Below, piece after piece: positions 1-13,231 of a DNA stretch of 64,000 bases (position 1 is the first letter of the stretch; every line of letters starts with the position of its first letter). The stretch comes from Candidatus Marinacidobacterales bacterium. GTDB lineage: Bacteria > Acidobacteriota > Vicinamibacteria > Marinacidobacterales > SMYC01. The notes under the pieces were generated by a model. It worked only from the letters and a program-made list of their open reading frames with translations, was not told where the DNA came from and made no database searches. The DNA is taken from contig CBDCYI010000011.1 of NCBI GenBank assembly GCA_965224085.1, positions 1,120,001 to 1,184,000 on the forward strand, given 5' to 3'. The translations under genes and the position numbers were made by a program.

Positions 1-1
1 C

Positions 2-3000
2 GCCGATGGAGGCGAGGTCATTGCCATCGAGAACCGTGCGGGCGACGTCATCAGCCGGGTGCATTTCGGTGACACCCACCCGTGGTCTAGCCCGCCCGAC
101 GGTTTGGGACCGTCCCTCGAGCTCACCGACCCCCACGCTCAGATCGACGTTCCCCGCAACTGGGCGGCGAGCCGTTTCGTGGACGGCTCACCCGGCGAGG
201 AGAACTCGACCCTGCGTGTCATTCCGTTCCGTCAAACGGCCGAGGTCGTCCGAGATGACGAGCTCTGGCGGTATCGGACGGGAGAAGATCCGTATCCGAC
301 CGGGTGGCAGCTTCTGGGCTTCGACGACGGCGCGTGGAGATACGCTGCTATGGGCATCGGCTATGGCGACGGCGATGATGCGACGATTCTCGAAGACATG
401 CGCTACCGCTACTACTCCATCGCCGCGCGCAAGAGTTTCGAGCTCACAGAGGACGCGCTCGACGACGAGAGCGATCTCGTGCTCGAGATTCGCTACGACG
501 ACGGCTTCGCCGGTTGGGTCAACGGCGTCGAGTTCGCGCGGGCAAATCTCGGCGAGGCGGGTAACCCCATCGCGTATAGCGAGCGCGCCTTCGAGACGAG
601 TGAAGCCGACATAACCAAGCGTTTCACGATTCCCCGCGATTTTCTTCGAGTGGGGGAGAACGTGCTCGCGTTCCAAGTCCATAATGAATCGATCAACAGC
701 ACAGACTTCAGCTTCATCCCCAAGGTTGTCCGGCGGGTATCGGCGCTTCCCCTGCCGGACCAGGCAGCACCGTCTCCGATCGTGATCAATGAGATTCGCG
801 CGAGGGACGCGGAAGTGCCGGGCTTCGTCGAGATCTACAATCGCGGCGACTCGACCGTCAGCGCGGCGGGCTACCTTCTCGTCGACTCGCTGGGCGGCGA
901 GTTCGTCGTCCCGGCAAGCACCTCGATGCCGCCGGGAACCTGGCTATCGTTCAGCAGCCTAGAGCTCGGATTCGACGTGGCCCTCACGTCGACGCGCTAC
1001 GCGCTGCTGGATCCCGAGCGGTCCTGGGTCGATGCCCTGAATCCGCGGTCCGGCCGAACGGGAGACAACGGCTTCAGCTATGGGCTTTATCCGGATGGCG
1101 AGAGTGCCGGGTTCGTTCTCGTCGACCCCAGTCCGGGTCAAGCGAACCGCGTTTCCCTCGAGGACGCGATCGTCATCAACGAAATCTACTTCCACCCTCC
1201 GTCCGTGCGGCCGAACGGTAGTTGCGCCGAAGAGTGCTCGGACGATCTCCAGTGGATAGAGCTTCACAACGCGTCCGATCGTAACGTGCGTCTTGCCGGC
1301 TGGAAGCTCACGAATGCCGTCGAATTCGTCTTCCCCGAGGCAACGTCGGTCGGCGCGGGCGAGTTTCTCGTCGTCGCGGCCTCCCTCGAAACCCTTCTTT
1401 TTGCTTACCCGGACGTCGACAATTCACGAGTCACCGGCGGTTGGAAGCGAGCCCTCTCCCATTCCTCCGATACGATCGAGCTACGAGACCGTCTGGGCAA
1501 CCTCGTGGATCAGGTCTCCTACGGCGACGGCAAACCCTTCAACAGCGGCGAGCAGGTCGGCGAGTTCGACGACGAGACTTTCGTCGGGAGCACGTGGCCT
1601 CGTCTGGCAGAAGGAACCGGACGAACGCTCGAGCTCGCTCATAAAGGTCTCGACAATGGCCTTGGCGCGAGCTGGCGGGACGGACCTGTTGGAGGAACGC
1701 CCTCGATGGAGAACGAGGCGTTCGACCCGGCGCCACCGCCATCTCTAGGTGAAATCGTGCACGCCCCCGCCGTGCCGCGCTCGAGCGAGAGCGTTGTCAT
1801 TCGGTGTCGGGTGTCGGCGGTGACGGCGATCGCAAGCGTCCGCGCGAGGTGGCATCACGACGGCGGTAGCCGTTCCGGTGAAGCTACGCTCTGGGACGAC
1901 GGAAGCGGCGCGGACGCGCGGGCCGGCGATGGTGTTTACACGGGCACCATCGGCCCTCAGACTGCGGGCACGGTGGTCGCCTTCGAGATCATTGCCGAGC
2001 TTGCCGACGGTGACTCCGCGTCGTTTCCGGAACCACCTCTTGAAGCTCCTTACGACGGTTTCCGCGGGCCTTTTTTTCTGTATCGAGTGGACGACACGGC
2101 CTCCGCTCGAAAACGGCTCCGTCAACTACCATCTCGTGATGACCGCCGCGGACCGGAGAGAGCTCGAGGAGCGTGACGAGGATAGTGACGTATTGGTCCA
2201 TGCGACGTTTATGGCTCACCCGCGCACGCCTCGAGAGGAAGTACACCATCTCGTGGGGGTCCGCTACCGCGGTGGGGAAACGCGCTTTTTGCGGCAGAAG
2301 TCCTACAGGGTCGAGCTCCACTCTGAGCGTCGCTTCGAGACGATACGACATCTCAATCTCAACGGCACCGCGGCCCCCGAGATTCTCGCGGCCGATTTCT
2401 TCCGCCGAGCTGGAATCGGATCTCCTCAGGAATGGATGGTCAACTTTACGCTGAACGGAGAGCCGAACGCGCGCTACGTGCGTAAGGAGCACATGGACGA
2501 GAATTTCTTGACACGTTGGTACGGCGAGCGGAGCGACGAAGGGAATTTTTACCGCGCGCTCGATCCCGATGACGACGACGCGTTCCCTCTACAAGGGGAC
2601 CTCCGGTATCTCGGGAACGACCCGGACGAGTATCGCCCGTACTACCGGAAGCGGAACAACGAAGAGGCGGACGACTATAGCGACGTCATCGAGCTCGCTA
2701 GGATCTTCGATCCCGTCGAGACCCCCGATGACGTGTTCCCTGACCGGCTCGAGCGGGTCGCTGCGGTCAGCCAGTGGGCGCGGTTTTTCGCGGCGCAGTC
2801 CTGTGTCGCGAACATAGATGGCTCCATCCAGAACGAAACGGGAGAGGACTACTCACTCTACCGGGTACCCGCCGATTCGGGCCGTTCGGATGCTTCCAAA
2901 TGGGTCATCCTCCCCTGGGACATCGAGGAGACTTTCGAGCACGGCGAAGAGCGCGACAAGCTCTTCAGAACGATTTTGCCTTCGTTCCGTCGCTTTTTAA

Positions 3001-4019
3001 CGCACCCGCGCTTCGCTCCACTCTACTACTGCCACCTGATTCATCTTCGTGACGGCGTGTTCTCGCAGGCTGAGCTCAGTCAGCGATTTAGCTTGATCGA
3101 CTTCGAGTACGGGCTCGAAACGACCGAAGCCATCGATGCGTTCATTGCGTTGCGACACGCGTATTTCGACGAAGAAATTCCCATGGGGATCACGGCCACG
3201 GCGGGACCCGGTCCGGACGAAGTCGTCATCGATGTCGGCGATCGCTGGCGGTACTTCAAAGGAACGAAGGAGCCCTCGGACAGGACGCGCGCCTGGACCG
3301 GTATCGGGTTCGATCACAGCTCTTGGGATGTTGGACCGTCAGGGTTCGGCTATGGTGACGCGGATGACGCGACCACGCTCGCGGAGATGGAAGATGCGTT
3401 CTCCTCCCTCTACATCCGTAAGGAATTCGAGATTATCGATCCGGGTGCCATCGACCGTCTTGTTCTGAAAATCGATTACGACGACGGATTCGTCGCCTAT
3501 CTGAACGGCTTCGAGGTGGTGCGGCGCAACCTCGGAGATCCTGACAGGTTCGTCCGGTACTCCTTGCTGGCCGACGAATTCCTCGAGGCGGGCGAGCCCG
3601 AGGAGCTCGACCTCAGCGAGCATACCGACGTGCTCGTCGCGGGAACCAACGTTCTCGCCATTCAAGGGGCCAATGAATCCCTCGACTCGAGCGACTTCTC
3701 CCTGATACCGCGCCTCGAGGCCGCTGGCGTGGCCACCGGCAGCCGAGGTTGCGGAGAGGTCGTTCGAACCGCCACGGAAACCGTGCAGCTCGTGGGCACC
3801 TCGAACGCCTGTTCGACGCGTTCCGTCGAGGTCGATGGTCTCCCCGCGGACTATGATCCGGTTACCGCGAGCTGGTCGATCGGACTCCCCGTCGAGCCGG
3901 GCGAAAATCGGGTGACGATTCGTGCTTTCGACCAGGCGGGTCGACTCTTCGATAGCGCGGAGATTCTCGTCGAGCGGCTCGAAGGCTCGTCAGAGTGCCG
4001 CGAAGACGGACCCGGCTAG
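2..4019 (+). pseudogene. Large lamin-tail-domain / CotH-kinase family protein, 5-prime partial, split by a frameshift near 2099
   Basis: The frame is open from base 2. Repeated LTD motifs (IVINEI...FVEIYN, IVINEIYFHP...WIELHN) and two GYGDGDDAT...YDDGFxxxxNGVE modules are present. The CotH part (GVRYRGG...KSYRVEL, NIDGS, ILPWDIEETF) is in ORF 1878-4019. The protein reads naturally as ...FLYRVDDT / PPLENGSVNYHLVM across the shift. Confidence 0.75.
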
Positions 4020-4786
4020 CGCAGCGTCCGCCGCCGACGCAGAAAGCTGGCGGCCGAAAGACCTAGCGCGAGCAAAGTCATCGTTGCGGGCTCTGGCACC
4101 GCTGTCGGCGTCAGAGTGAAAAGCCAGTCGGAATAGGCGCGGCGTCCGACATTTCCCTGGTCCGGCGCGTCGAGCCAGCCGACTCCGCTCAAGCCCGTCT
4201 CACCACGATGGTGACGTTGAAAGAAGAATTGCTTGTGGGCGTTTGGACCGGTCGGCGCCTCATCCCACACGAGCGGCCCGCCATAACTATCCGGACCGCT
4301 GAATGGCATCAGCTCCATGTCGAAAAGGTCGAAATAAATACGGTCGTACCCATCCGAATACCAATCGTTGTGATACGTCGTATCGTTCGAGTGGTCGAGC
4401 AAGTCCTGCAACACGCCCTTATACAGGGCATTGTCCGCATTCGATCCGTACCACGGGTCGATCGGATTACCGGTCCCGCCATCGACCAAGGCCGGCGTCG
4501 TGTCGGAGCCAAGCGTGCTGATCTGGAACTCAGCGTTGAGCTTGTAAAAGCTACCGCTGACACCCGTACCGTCCTCGCTGACGTGCTCGACGATACCGGT
4601 CAACTTGGCTTGAAGTGGATTCGTCATCGGATCGTACTCGAAAAAAACTTGCGCGCTGGGATCCGACACGGAGAAAGTATTGTTCTTGCTTCCCTCGTAG
4701 CTGAGCACGAGCATGTAATCTTGGCCTGGCGCGCCAAAATTGCCCCCGGAGTGGTCAAGAACTTCCCACGTGACGGAGCCCGCCAA
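4016..4786 (-). CDS. PEP-CTERM sorting-domain surface protein (no obvious signal peptide, possibly 5-prime truncated)
   Basis: C-terminus VPEPATMTLLALGLSAASFLRRRR has the PEP motif, a TM helix and an Arg cluster. Confidence 0.85.
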   Translation of the reverse strand: MAGSVTWEVLDHSGGNFGAPGQDYMLVLSYEGSKNNTFSVSDPSAQVFFEYDPMTNPLQAKLTGIVEHVSEDGTGVSGSFYKLNAEFQISTLGSDTTPALVDGGTGNPIDPWYGSNADNALYKGVLQDLLDHSNDTTYHNDWYSDGYDRIYFDLFDMELMPFSGPDSYGGPLVWDEAPTGPNAHKQFFFQRHHRGETGLSGVGWLDAPDQGNVGRRAYSDWLFTLTPTAVPEPATMTLLALGLSAASFLRRRRTLR

Positions 4787-4932
4787 CCGGCTGAAAGCGG
4801 GTGGCCGGCGGAGTGGGTGTAAAAACGCGCCGTCAGAGCGGAAGCCTGACCACTCGCGTGAGGAGCAGACGCCCGAACAGCTGCATGAGTCGTCTCATAG
4901 CGGCGAGCTATCGTCTGCTATAGACTCGCGCG

Positions 4933-6000
4933 ATGAAGTGTTCCGTCCTTCTCATGCTTGCGGTTGTGGCATGCTCGAACGATTCGCCATCCGAACCGGA
5001 AGGTGCGCGTACGACGAAGAAGGAGCTCCACGAGCTCGCCAAAGCGCGCGTTACCCGGGGCATGCTTGCCCGGACCGACGGCTACGTCTACACGGTCGAT
5101 GTTTCGCTTCTCATGATTTTCGCGGCTCAGGAAGGCGATCGCGAAATGTACGAGCCGCTTCGTGATTTCGCGATCGAGTGCTGCGTTTTGAACGATCCCG
5201 AGGACCCCTATACGCGTGGGTTCGTGTTGTGGCGCTACGGCACGGACCAGGAGCCGGACGCATCGGGCACGACGGAAGCGCTGCGTCTCGCCGAGGGACT
5301 CTGGCGCGGGGCCGAGGCTTTCGGCGAGAGCGAGGATCGGAAGTGGGCAGTGACCATTCTCGACGGCTATGCGCGTCACGCCGCCGAGGAGCAAGGCGTC
5401 TGGATGATTCGGAACTACTTCAATCTCGGCACCCGCTCATTTGCGACGAATTCGTTCCTCGTCGACTACGCGCCCGACTTCCTCGCCGAGGTCGCCGCGG
5501 TGACGGGTAGGGAAGACTTGGCCGAGGTCGCTAGGAAGTCCTACGCGTTGATCGAAAAGGCCCAGGCGCCGATCGGTCTGCTGTACGACATGATCCAGCC
5601 CGAAGTTGCCACGCTCTTCGACGATGAGCGCTTCGTGATCTTTTCGCCCAACGACGCCATCCAACTGTCGAACACCGCCACGGTCGCGGCCTGTGCCGTG
5701 GTCGGCCTTCCGGCGATCGGCCGTGCGGTCGTGGATTTCTCCCGCGAGCGCATGCCTGGTCTCAGGGGCACGTATTACGGCCGTACGGCAGAGGTGGCGC
5801 GCGACAAGCGCCCCGGCATCGAGGCTTGGGCGTCGCTCGTTCGGCTCGCGGTCGCTCTCGACGATGACGAGGCCCTTGCGGCGTTCTACCCGTTTCTCGT
5901 GAGCAATGCTGGACGTCAGTGGCGGATCCCGAAAGACGCGTGGGTCTACGTCGTAGCGGAGCTTCTTCTCGGGCTTCAGGCCGTGACGTCCACCTCGTGA
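4933..6000 (+). CDS. Putative lipoprotein, possible six-hairpin glycosidase-like fold
   Basis: 355 aa ORF with lipobox LAVVAC and host-like codon usage. The fold is a weak guess. Confidence 0.55.
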   Translation: MKCSVLLMLAVVACSNDSPSEPEGARTTKKELHELAKARVTRGMLARTDGYVYTVDVSLLMIFAAQEGDREMYEPLRDFAIECCVLNDPEDPYTRGFVLWRYGTDQEPDASGTTEALRLAEGLWRGAEAFGESEDRKWAVTILDGYARHAAEEQGVWMIRNYFNLGTRSFATNSFLVDYAPDFLAEVAAVTGREDLAEVARKSYALIEKAQAPIGLLYDMIQPEVATLFDDERFVIFSPNDAIQLSNTATVAACAVVGLPAIGRAVVDFSRERMPGLRGTYYGRTAEVARDKRPGIEAWASLVRLAVALDDDEALAAFYPFLVSNAGRQWRIPKDAWVYVVAELLLGLQAVTSTS

Positions 6001-6842
6001 AGTTCGAAAGCGCTGACGTCGCGCGCTACTACGACCAGAACACGGGGAGCTTTCTCAACCACGGACAAGGCGGCGCGCACGGCGTCATTCATCGAGCCGT
6101 TTGGGGCGAGGGCGTTTTGCGCCGCGAGCAGGCCTTTCACTTCGTTCACGATCTTCTGCGGGCCCGAATTGCGGATGGCGGCGCTTCGCGCATACTCGAT
6201 CTCGGTTGCGGCGTGGGCGCGAGTTTGGAATACATCCTCCGCGGGACAGGTTTGACAGGCGCATCCGGATTCGGCGTTACCAACAGCGCCGTCCAGGCAC
6301 AGCTTGCGCGCGCGCGACTCGGCGATCGGGCAAGCATATGCGAGCTCGATTTCTGCTCGGCGCCCCTTCCAGCACCGATCGACCTCGCTTTTGGTATCGA
6401 GTCCTTCGTCCAGGCGCCGGACGCCGCAGCGTTCTTCGAAAACGTAGCGAAGGCACTCGCTGCCGGTGGAGACCTCGTGCTTTGCGACGACTTTCTCCTC
6501 GGAGATTCCGGGGCTGATGAGGATCGCTGGGTGCGCGAGCTCCGCCGCGGGTGGCAGGCGAGCTCGCTCCTGCACCCGGAGGCGGCGGATGCTCTCGCGG
6601 CGGATCAAGGGCTCGAGCTCGTGGAGGATCGAGACCTTACCGCGTTTCTCGAGCTCGACCGGCCTCGCGATCGGGCGCTCGGTCTACTCATCGCCGTCAC
6701 ACGACCCTTCGTATCGATGAGCGCTCGGCTCGAGAGCCACTTGGGAGGCAACGCTTTGCGCCAGTGCTTGAAGCGCGGACTCGTGGCCTATCGCTACCGC
6801 GTCTGGAAGGCGAGCCGCTCAGTGGCGAGCCGCTCAGCTTAG
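5997..6842 (+). CDS. Class I SAM-dependent methyltransferase
   Basis: Motif I ILDLGCGVG and IHRAVWG. The GTG start overlaps the upstream TGA (GTGA). Confidence 0.85.
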   Translation: MKFESADVARYYDQNTGSFLNHGQGGAHGVIHRAVWGEGVLRREQAFHFVHDLLRARIADGGASRILDLGCGVGASLEYILRGTGLTGASGFGVTNSAVQAQLARARLGDRASICELDFCSAPLPAPIDLAFGIESFVQAPDAAAFFENVAKALAAGGDLVLCDDFLLGDSGADEDRWVRELRRGWQASSLLHPEAADALAADQGLELVEDRDLTAFLELDRPRDRALGLLIAVTRPFVSMSARLESHLGGNALRQCLKRGLVAYRYRVWKASRSVASRSA

Positions 6843-8201
6843 GTTCTGTTACATAATAATATTTACAAATACGAGTTCGGTAAGAATTAATACCCTCAAT
6901 CAAGCACGTCGGGGATGGAGAGTGTAATTCCAGTTGCCGTAGAAGGGGTGGATTTTGAGTCGAAGCTCCTGCATTTCTTCGTTACTGACCTTCTGGCCTG
7001 TCTCGTAGGAGTTCTTGTCCAGCATGGCCTTTACCTTCAAGCCGGTTCGGGTCTTGGTGTTGCCGATAAGATTGACGACCGCCTCGTAGCTCACGAGAGG
7101 CCGTCCTTTCCAGTTCATGCTGACAAAGGAGAATAGTCGATGTTCGATTTTGTTCCATTTACTGGTTCCCGGTGGATAGTGGCATACGGTGATGGGAATC
7201 TTCAGTTGGTCCGATAGCTTTTGGAGGTGGAGCTTCCAGCCTCGCAGCCGGTTTCCGTTGCTTCCACCGGCGTCCGCGCAAACAAGCAGACGTTTCGCCA
7301 TCGGATAAGACTTTTTTCCGAGTATGCGCCACCATCTCCGGATGCTTTCTACCGCGAATTCCGCAGTCTCGTGAGTAATGCCGACGTTGACCAGCGCTTC
7401 GTCGCGGGACACATCGTAAGTCCCATAGGGAATTGCTTTGCCCTCAGCCATACTGGGGAAGTCGTGTACAAGAACCGGCTCACCTCCGCCCTTCTTCTTC
7501 CTCCACGTTTTACCCCTGTTTTCAAAGGCTCCTATCAATTCCTTCTTCTTGGTATCGACGCTCACGACCGGATCCTTGCTTCGCATGAACTTGCTTACTT
7601 GCTTGTTGATGTAACGAAACTGTTTGTCCCGATCCGGGTGCTGATCCCCTTCCAGTCTCTTCACGTTAGCTTGCAGCGAGTAACCCATTTCTCCTAGGCG
7701 TCGAGCAACTGTCACGTGCGAGACATCGTGACCTTTGCGTTCAAGCTCCTCCGCCATCGCTCTCGTGGACTTGTTCGTCCATTTGAGATGCTTCATCGGG
7801 TCGCCGGCGGTTCTTTCGTCGAGGATCTTCTTCAGCTGCCGCTCGATTCTCGGGTCTAACTCCTCGACCCGCTTTCTCCCCCAGCCAGGCTTGCGCACTC
7901 GGGCGCTGTCGTCATCAACTATCGGCGCTTTCGCTTTGAGTTCCGCCACGCCCTTCATGATGGTCGGCCGCGACATCCCCGTAAGTCGTGACAGCCGACT
8001 GACCCCGCCGCGTCCTTCTTCAAGCGCCCGTTGAGCCACAAAAACACGCGCTTGCGCTTCGTTCAACGTCCCCAGCACCCTCAACCAGTGACGCTCAGAC
8101 TCTGGTACCTTTCGATCTGTTGCCATCCTCGTATAGTCTCGCAACCAGCAGAGGATAGCAGCAATGACAGTGTATTGTAAATATTAATATGTAACAGGCC
8201 C
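6842..8201 (-). mobile_element. ISAzo13-family insertion sequence (1360 bp) with 3-bp TTA target duplication
   Basis: Imperfect 27-bp terminal inverted repeats GGTTCTGTTACATAATAATATTTACAA and GGGCCTGTTACATATTAATATTTACAA. TTA at 6839-6841 and 8202-8204. Lower GC than flanks. Confidence 0.9.
6900..8144 (-). CDS. ISAzo13-family DDE transposase
   Basis: Motifs SVDTKKKELIG, ADAGGSN, HYPPGTSKWNKIEHRLFS, WNYTL. The start may be ATG at 8126. Confidence 0.92.
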   Translation of the reverse strand: MRDYTRMATDRKVPESERHWLRVLGTLNEAQARVFVAQRALEEGRGGVSRLSRLTGMSRPTIMKGVAELKAKAPIVDDDSARVRKPGWGRKRVEELDPRIERQLKKILDERTAGDPMKHLKWTNKSTRAMAEELERKGHDVSHVTVARRLGEMGYSLQANVKRLEGDQHPDRDKQFRYINKQVSKFMRSKDPVVSVDTKKKELIGAFENRGKTWRKKKGGGEPVLVHDFPSMAEGKAIPYGTYDVSRDEALVNVGITHETAEFAVESIRRWWRILGKKSYPMAKRLLVCADAGGSNGNRLRGWKLHLQKLSDQLKIPITVCHYPPGTSKWNKIEHRLFSFVSMNWKGRPLVSYEAVVNLIGNTKTRTGLKVKAMLDKNSYETGQKVSNEEMQELRLKIHPFYGNWNYTLHPRRA

Positions 8202-9884
<1,683 letters not shown>

Positions 9885-10017
9885 TATCGCAATCGCTGTA
9901 CTGCTAAAAACATGGACTCTTCCTCCCAAGTCGCCCCACCGTCATAGGAGCGGTAGAGTCTCTTACGCCAGCTCGCGCTCTTGATTTCCGAGTCGACCTC
10001 TTCGGCGATTAGCAGTC

Positions 10018-10815
10018 TCATGTAGCCTTCTTCCGCTCGGCCTTCACCATCTCGACGAGTACGGCTCGCGTCTCTTCCGAGGAGCGAACTTCTCGTAGAA
10101 ACGGTACGCGGACGCCGCGAAACCCCTCCGAGGTTGTGAGGCGCACGTGAAAGCCGAGCCGGTCCACGGCCGTCATTTTTGCGCCGTCGGCGTCGAGCCC
10201 GGAGGCGGCGCGAGCGAGCAGGATGAGTGCCTCCTCGTGATCGGCGTTCATGTGATCGAGAATGTCCGCCTTTTTGTCCGCGAGCGGATCCGGCGGGGCG
10301 GCGAGGTAGTCCTCGGCCTTGACCCAGCCCATGACACCAAAACCACCGACGAAATAGAGATCGATGAGCTCCATTTGGAAAAAAGCGAAATCTTTGAAAT
10401 CCACCCAATAGGACGCGTTCTCGTAGCGTTCGAGGTAGCGCTCGCGCACGGAGGCGAGCGACTCCTCCGGGGTGCGCGCGACCCGTCCCATCAGCGTCAC
10501 GCGGCCGGCGCCGAGCGGATCTTCGGTGGCCTCGGGCTCCGTTACGAGGAGGCTCGCTCGGCCGTCGGCGAGGATGTTCTGCGTGTGCATGGCCATGGTG
10601 CTGATGAGAAAAGTCGGTGCGCCACTCTCATCGAGCCCGTACGGCGCCACGGACCCAAAAGGCCATCCTTCGTGTTTTCTCGACTGGGTCGTCAGCGTAC
10701 CGACCCGGCCGAGATGGATGAGCGTACGCGCCCGCTCCGCATGGGTTGGCTCGGGCACTTGCGTGCTCGGGTCCGCCTGAGTGGGTCGAGCATGTTCCGA
10801 AGTCTCTTTGGCCAC
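10018..10815 (-). CDS. HugZ-family pyridoxamine 5-phosphate oxidase-like protein with DUF2470 domain
   Basis: Motifs GWPFGS, ISTMAMHTQNI, FVGGFG, ILDHMNADH, VDRLGF. Confidence 0.85.
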   Translation of the reverse strand: MAKETSEHARPTQADPSTQVPEPTHAERARTLIHLGRVGTLTTQSRKHEGWPFGSVAPYGLDESGAPTFLISTMAMHTQNILADGRASLLVTEPEATEDPLGAGRVTLMGRVARTPEESLASVRERYLERYENASYWVDFKDFAFFQMELIDLYFVGGFGVMGWVKAEDYLAAPPDPLADKKADILDHMNADHEEALILLARAASGLDADGAKMTAVDRLGFHVRLTTSEGFRGVRVPFLREVRSSEETRAVLVEMVKAERKKAT

Positions 10816-11006
10816 GCCTCCGTCCTTTCTCGCCGCGAGCGTTTGGGCGGCCCGTGGGATTCTAGCGCGAATCTAAAACGCGATGCACCGCTCGAGCGTG
10901 TCCAAGGACTTGCCCGCCGGACGCCCGCTCGATTCTTCTTGGTTAAACAGCTTCAATCCGGTCGTGTGCTGCTTTGATCGCGAGCGCTTGCTAGCATTGC
11001 GATATC

Positions 11007-11600
11007 ATGGCAGCCATGAGATACAGCGCTCTTCTCGCCGTTCTCGCGCTCAGCTGCGCGAGCCAGGCGGAGTCGGAGTCCGAGTCCGATCGCTATGAGA
11101 TCGACCCGCAGCATCTCACGGTGGGCTTTCTCGTGGAGCATGTCGGCTTCGCCAAGGTGTTCGGGATGTTCCGCGAGGCTGTCGGTGCGTTCACCTTCGA
11201 TGAGGAGACCGGCGAAATCTCGGACGTTCGCGTGGTCGTGCAAACGAAGAGTGTCTTTACCGGTGTCGAGGCCCGGGATCGACACCTGCGGAGCGGGGAC
11301 TTTCTCGCGGTAGAGGAGTTCCCCGAGATGGTCTTCGAAGCGGACCGGATGGTGCTCGAAGACCGAGGCGGTGAGCTCGCGGGCCGTCTGACCATCCTCG
11401 GGGTGACGAAACCCTTGAATCTGTCGGTGACGTGGAACAAGAGCGGGAAGTCTCCACTGCCCGGCAATCCTTATGTCGCCGGCCTCTCCGCGCGCGGCGG
11501 TTTCGAGCGAAGCGCTTACGGCATGAGCTACGGCGTGGCCGATGGGCTCGTCGGGAACGAGGTGGAGCTCATCATCGAGCTCGAGGCGCAGCGACAGTAG
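11007..11600 (+). CDS. YceI-family protein
   Basis: Signal peptide, YEIDPQH, RDRHLRSGDFLAVEEFP, GRLTILGVTKP. Confidence 0.9.
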   Translation: MAAMRYSALLAVLALSCASQAESESESDRYEIDPQHLTVGFLVEHVGFAKVFGMFREAVGAFTFDEETGEISDVRVVVQTKSVFTGVEARDRHLRSGDFLAVEEFPEMVFEADRMVLEDRGGELAGRLTILGVTKPLNLSVTWNKSGKSPLPGNPYVAGLSARGGFERSAYGMSYGVADGLVGNEVELIIELEAQRQ

Positions 11601-11603
11601 AGA

Positions 11604-13229
11604 ATGATGCGCGTGCTCCCGCCTCTTCTCTTCTTTCTCTATTTCAACGCCCTCTTCACGTTCGAGAACATTCCTTCTACACCTGCGATAGGTCTCGTTT
11701 GGAAGCTTTCGATCGAAGTCGTGCTTCTTCTCGCACTGCTGGCCGCCGTCCGCACTTTCGGATGGAAGCTCTCCCGCTTCGCCAAGGCGAGCCTATCCTT
11801 TTCGATCCTGGCCCTCGTGCTCGTCCGCTATGTCGACATTACAGCGCTCGGCGTTTTGGGTAGAGCGTTCAATCTGCACGGCGATTTCCCTCACGTGCAT
11901 CGCGTCTTCGCGATGTTCTGGGAAGCGATGTCGCTCGGAAACGGGCTTTTGGTGCTCGCGATGGCGGCGACCATTGTGGGTGGCGCGTTCGCTCTCAATT
12001 GGGTGGGCCTCATTGTATGGGAGCGCGCGCTCGAGAAGAAGACCCTGCGTCTGATGATGTTCTACGCGACCCCGGTGTTGACTGTATTTTTTTTTCTCGC
12101 AGCGGGCCGAGCGTTCTCCGTTCCCACGACGTCGATCGTCCGGAAACAAATACAGAACCTTCGGACGGGTGAAGCCGACCAACGCGCCGCCGAAGAGATC
12201 GAGTGGCCGCCGCACAACGTCGAATCGAAACTCCACCGGCTCGGCGGCGCCAACGTGTTTCTCATCTTCCTCGAGTCCTATGGGGTCACTTTGATCGAAG
12301 ATGCGCATCATTTCGATTTGATCGGCCCGCGATTCCACGCGCTCGAGGAAAACCTCAGACAGGCCAAGTACCATTTCGCTTCGTCTCAGATCTACTCTCC
12401 CACTTTCGGCGGTGGCTCTTGGCGGGCTCACGCGACCTTTCTGAGCGGCTTTCACGTCGATAGCGAGCATATGTATAACGCTCTGCTCGCATCCGACCGA
12501 GAAACGCTCGTCTCGGTCCTCTCCGGGCACGGGTACCGCACGGTGGCCGCCGAGCCCGGGGTCAAATGGTACTGGCCCGACGGCGAGTTCTATGGTTTCG
12601 ACCGCATCTATGCGTTCGACGACCTCGGCTATCAAGGACCGCCCATGGGCTGGTGGAAGATCCCGGATCAGTTCACGATGTACCGTCTCTACCAGGACGA
12701 GATCCGCGGCGCCAAAAAGCCGCTCTTCGCTAAATTCTCTCTCATCATGAGCCACATCCCGTACTTTCCCATTCCGGAATATGTGGAGGACTGGTCGCGC
12801 TTCGACGACGGCACCGCGTTTCAAAGGAGCCTCGACTCCGTCGCACATGATGCTTATCGAGATCTGAGAGAGCTCTCGTCCTGGTATGTCGAAGCCTTCC
12901 GCTACGAGCTCGATATCTTGGAGGGGTTTCTCCTCGACTACGTGCCCGAAAACTCCCTCGTGATCGTTGTCGGGGACCATCAGCCGCCCAAGCTCGTCAC
13001 GCACGACAACGATAGCTGGGCGGTCCCCATGCACGTTTTCAGCAAAAGGCCGGAGCTCGTCCGTGCTTTCGACGCTCTCGGATTTCGAGAGGGCCTGGTG
13101 CCTCTGCACCCGACTTCCTTGACGATGGCAGGGTTTTTGTCGAGCTTTCTCGAGATTTACGTCGAGCCGGCGCCCGAGGTTAAACCTGAGGTTGAACCCG
13201 AGGTTGAACCCGAGGTTGAAGAAGAGTAG
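11604..13229 (+). CDS. Membrane-anchored sulfatase-like (alkaline phosphatase superfamily, LTA-synthase-like) protein
   Basis: About 5 N-terminal TM helices; motifs FLESYG, SPTFGGGSWRAH, SHIPY, VGDHQP. Confidence 0.75.
   Translation: MMRVLPPLLFFLYFNALFTFENIPSTPAIGLVWKLSIEVVLLLALLAAVRTFGWKLSRFAKASLSFSILALVLVRYVDITALGVLGRAFNLHGDFPHVHRVFAMFWEAMSLGNGLLVLAMAATIVGGAFALNWVGLIVWERALEKKTLRLMMFYATPVLTVFFFLAAGRAFSVPTTSIVRKQIQNLRTGEADQRAAEEIEWPPHNVESKLHRLGGANVFLIFLESYGVTLIEDAHHFDLIGPRFHALEENLRQAKYHFASSQIYSPTFGGGSWRAHATFLSGFHVDSEHMYNALLASDRETLVSVLSGHGYRTVAAEPGVKWYWPDGEFYGFDRIYAFDDLGYQGPPMGWWKIPDQFTMYRLYQDEIRGAKKPLFAKFSLIMSHIPYFPIPEYVEDWSRFDDGTAFQRSLDSVAHDAYRDLRELSSWYVEAFRYELDILEGFLLDYVPENSLVIVVGDHQPPKLVTHDNDSWAVPMHVFSKRPELVRAFDALGFREGLVPLHPTSLTMAGFLSSFLEIYVEPAPEVKPEVEPEVEPEVEEE
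13173..13220 (+). repeat. 12-bp tandem repeat x4 encoding an acidic PEVK/PEVE tail
   Basis: CCCGAGGTTAAA CCTGAGGTTGAA CCCGAGGTTGAA CCCGAGGTTGAA. Confidence 0.9.
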
Positions 13230-13231
13230 CC

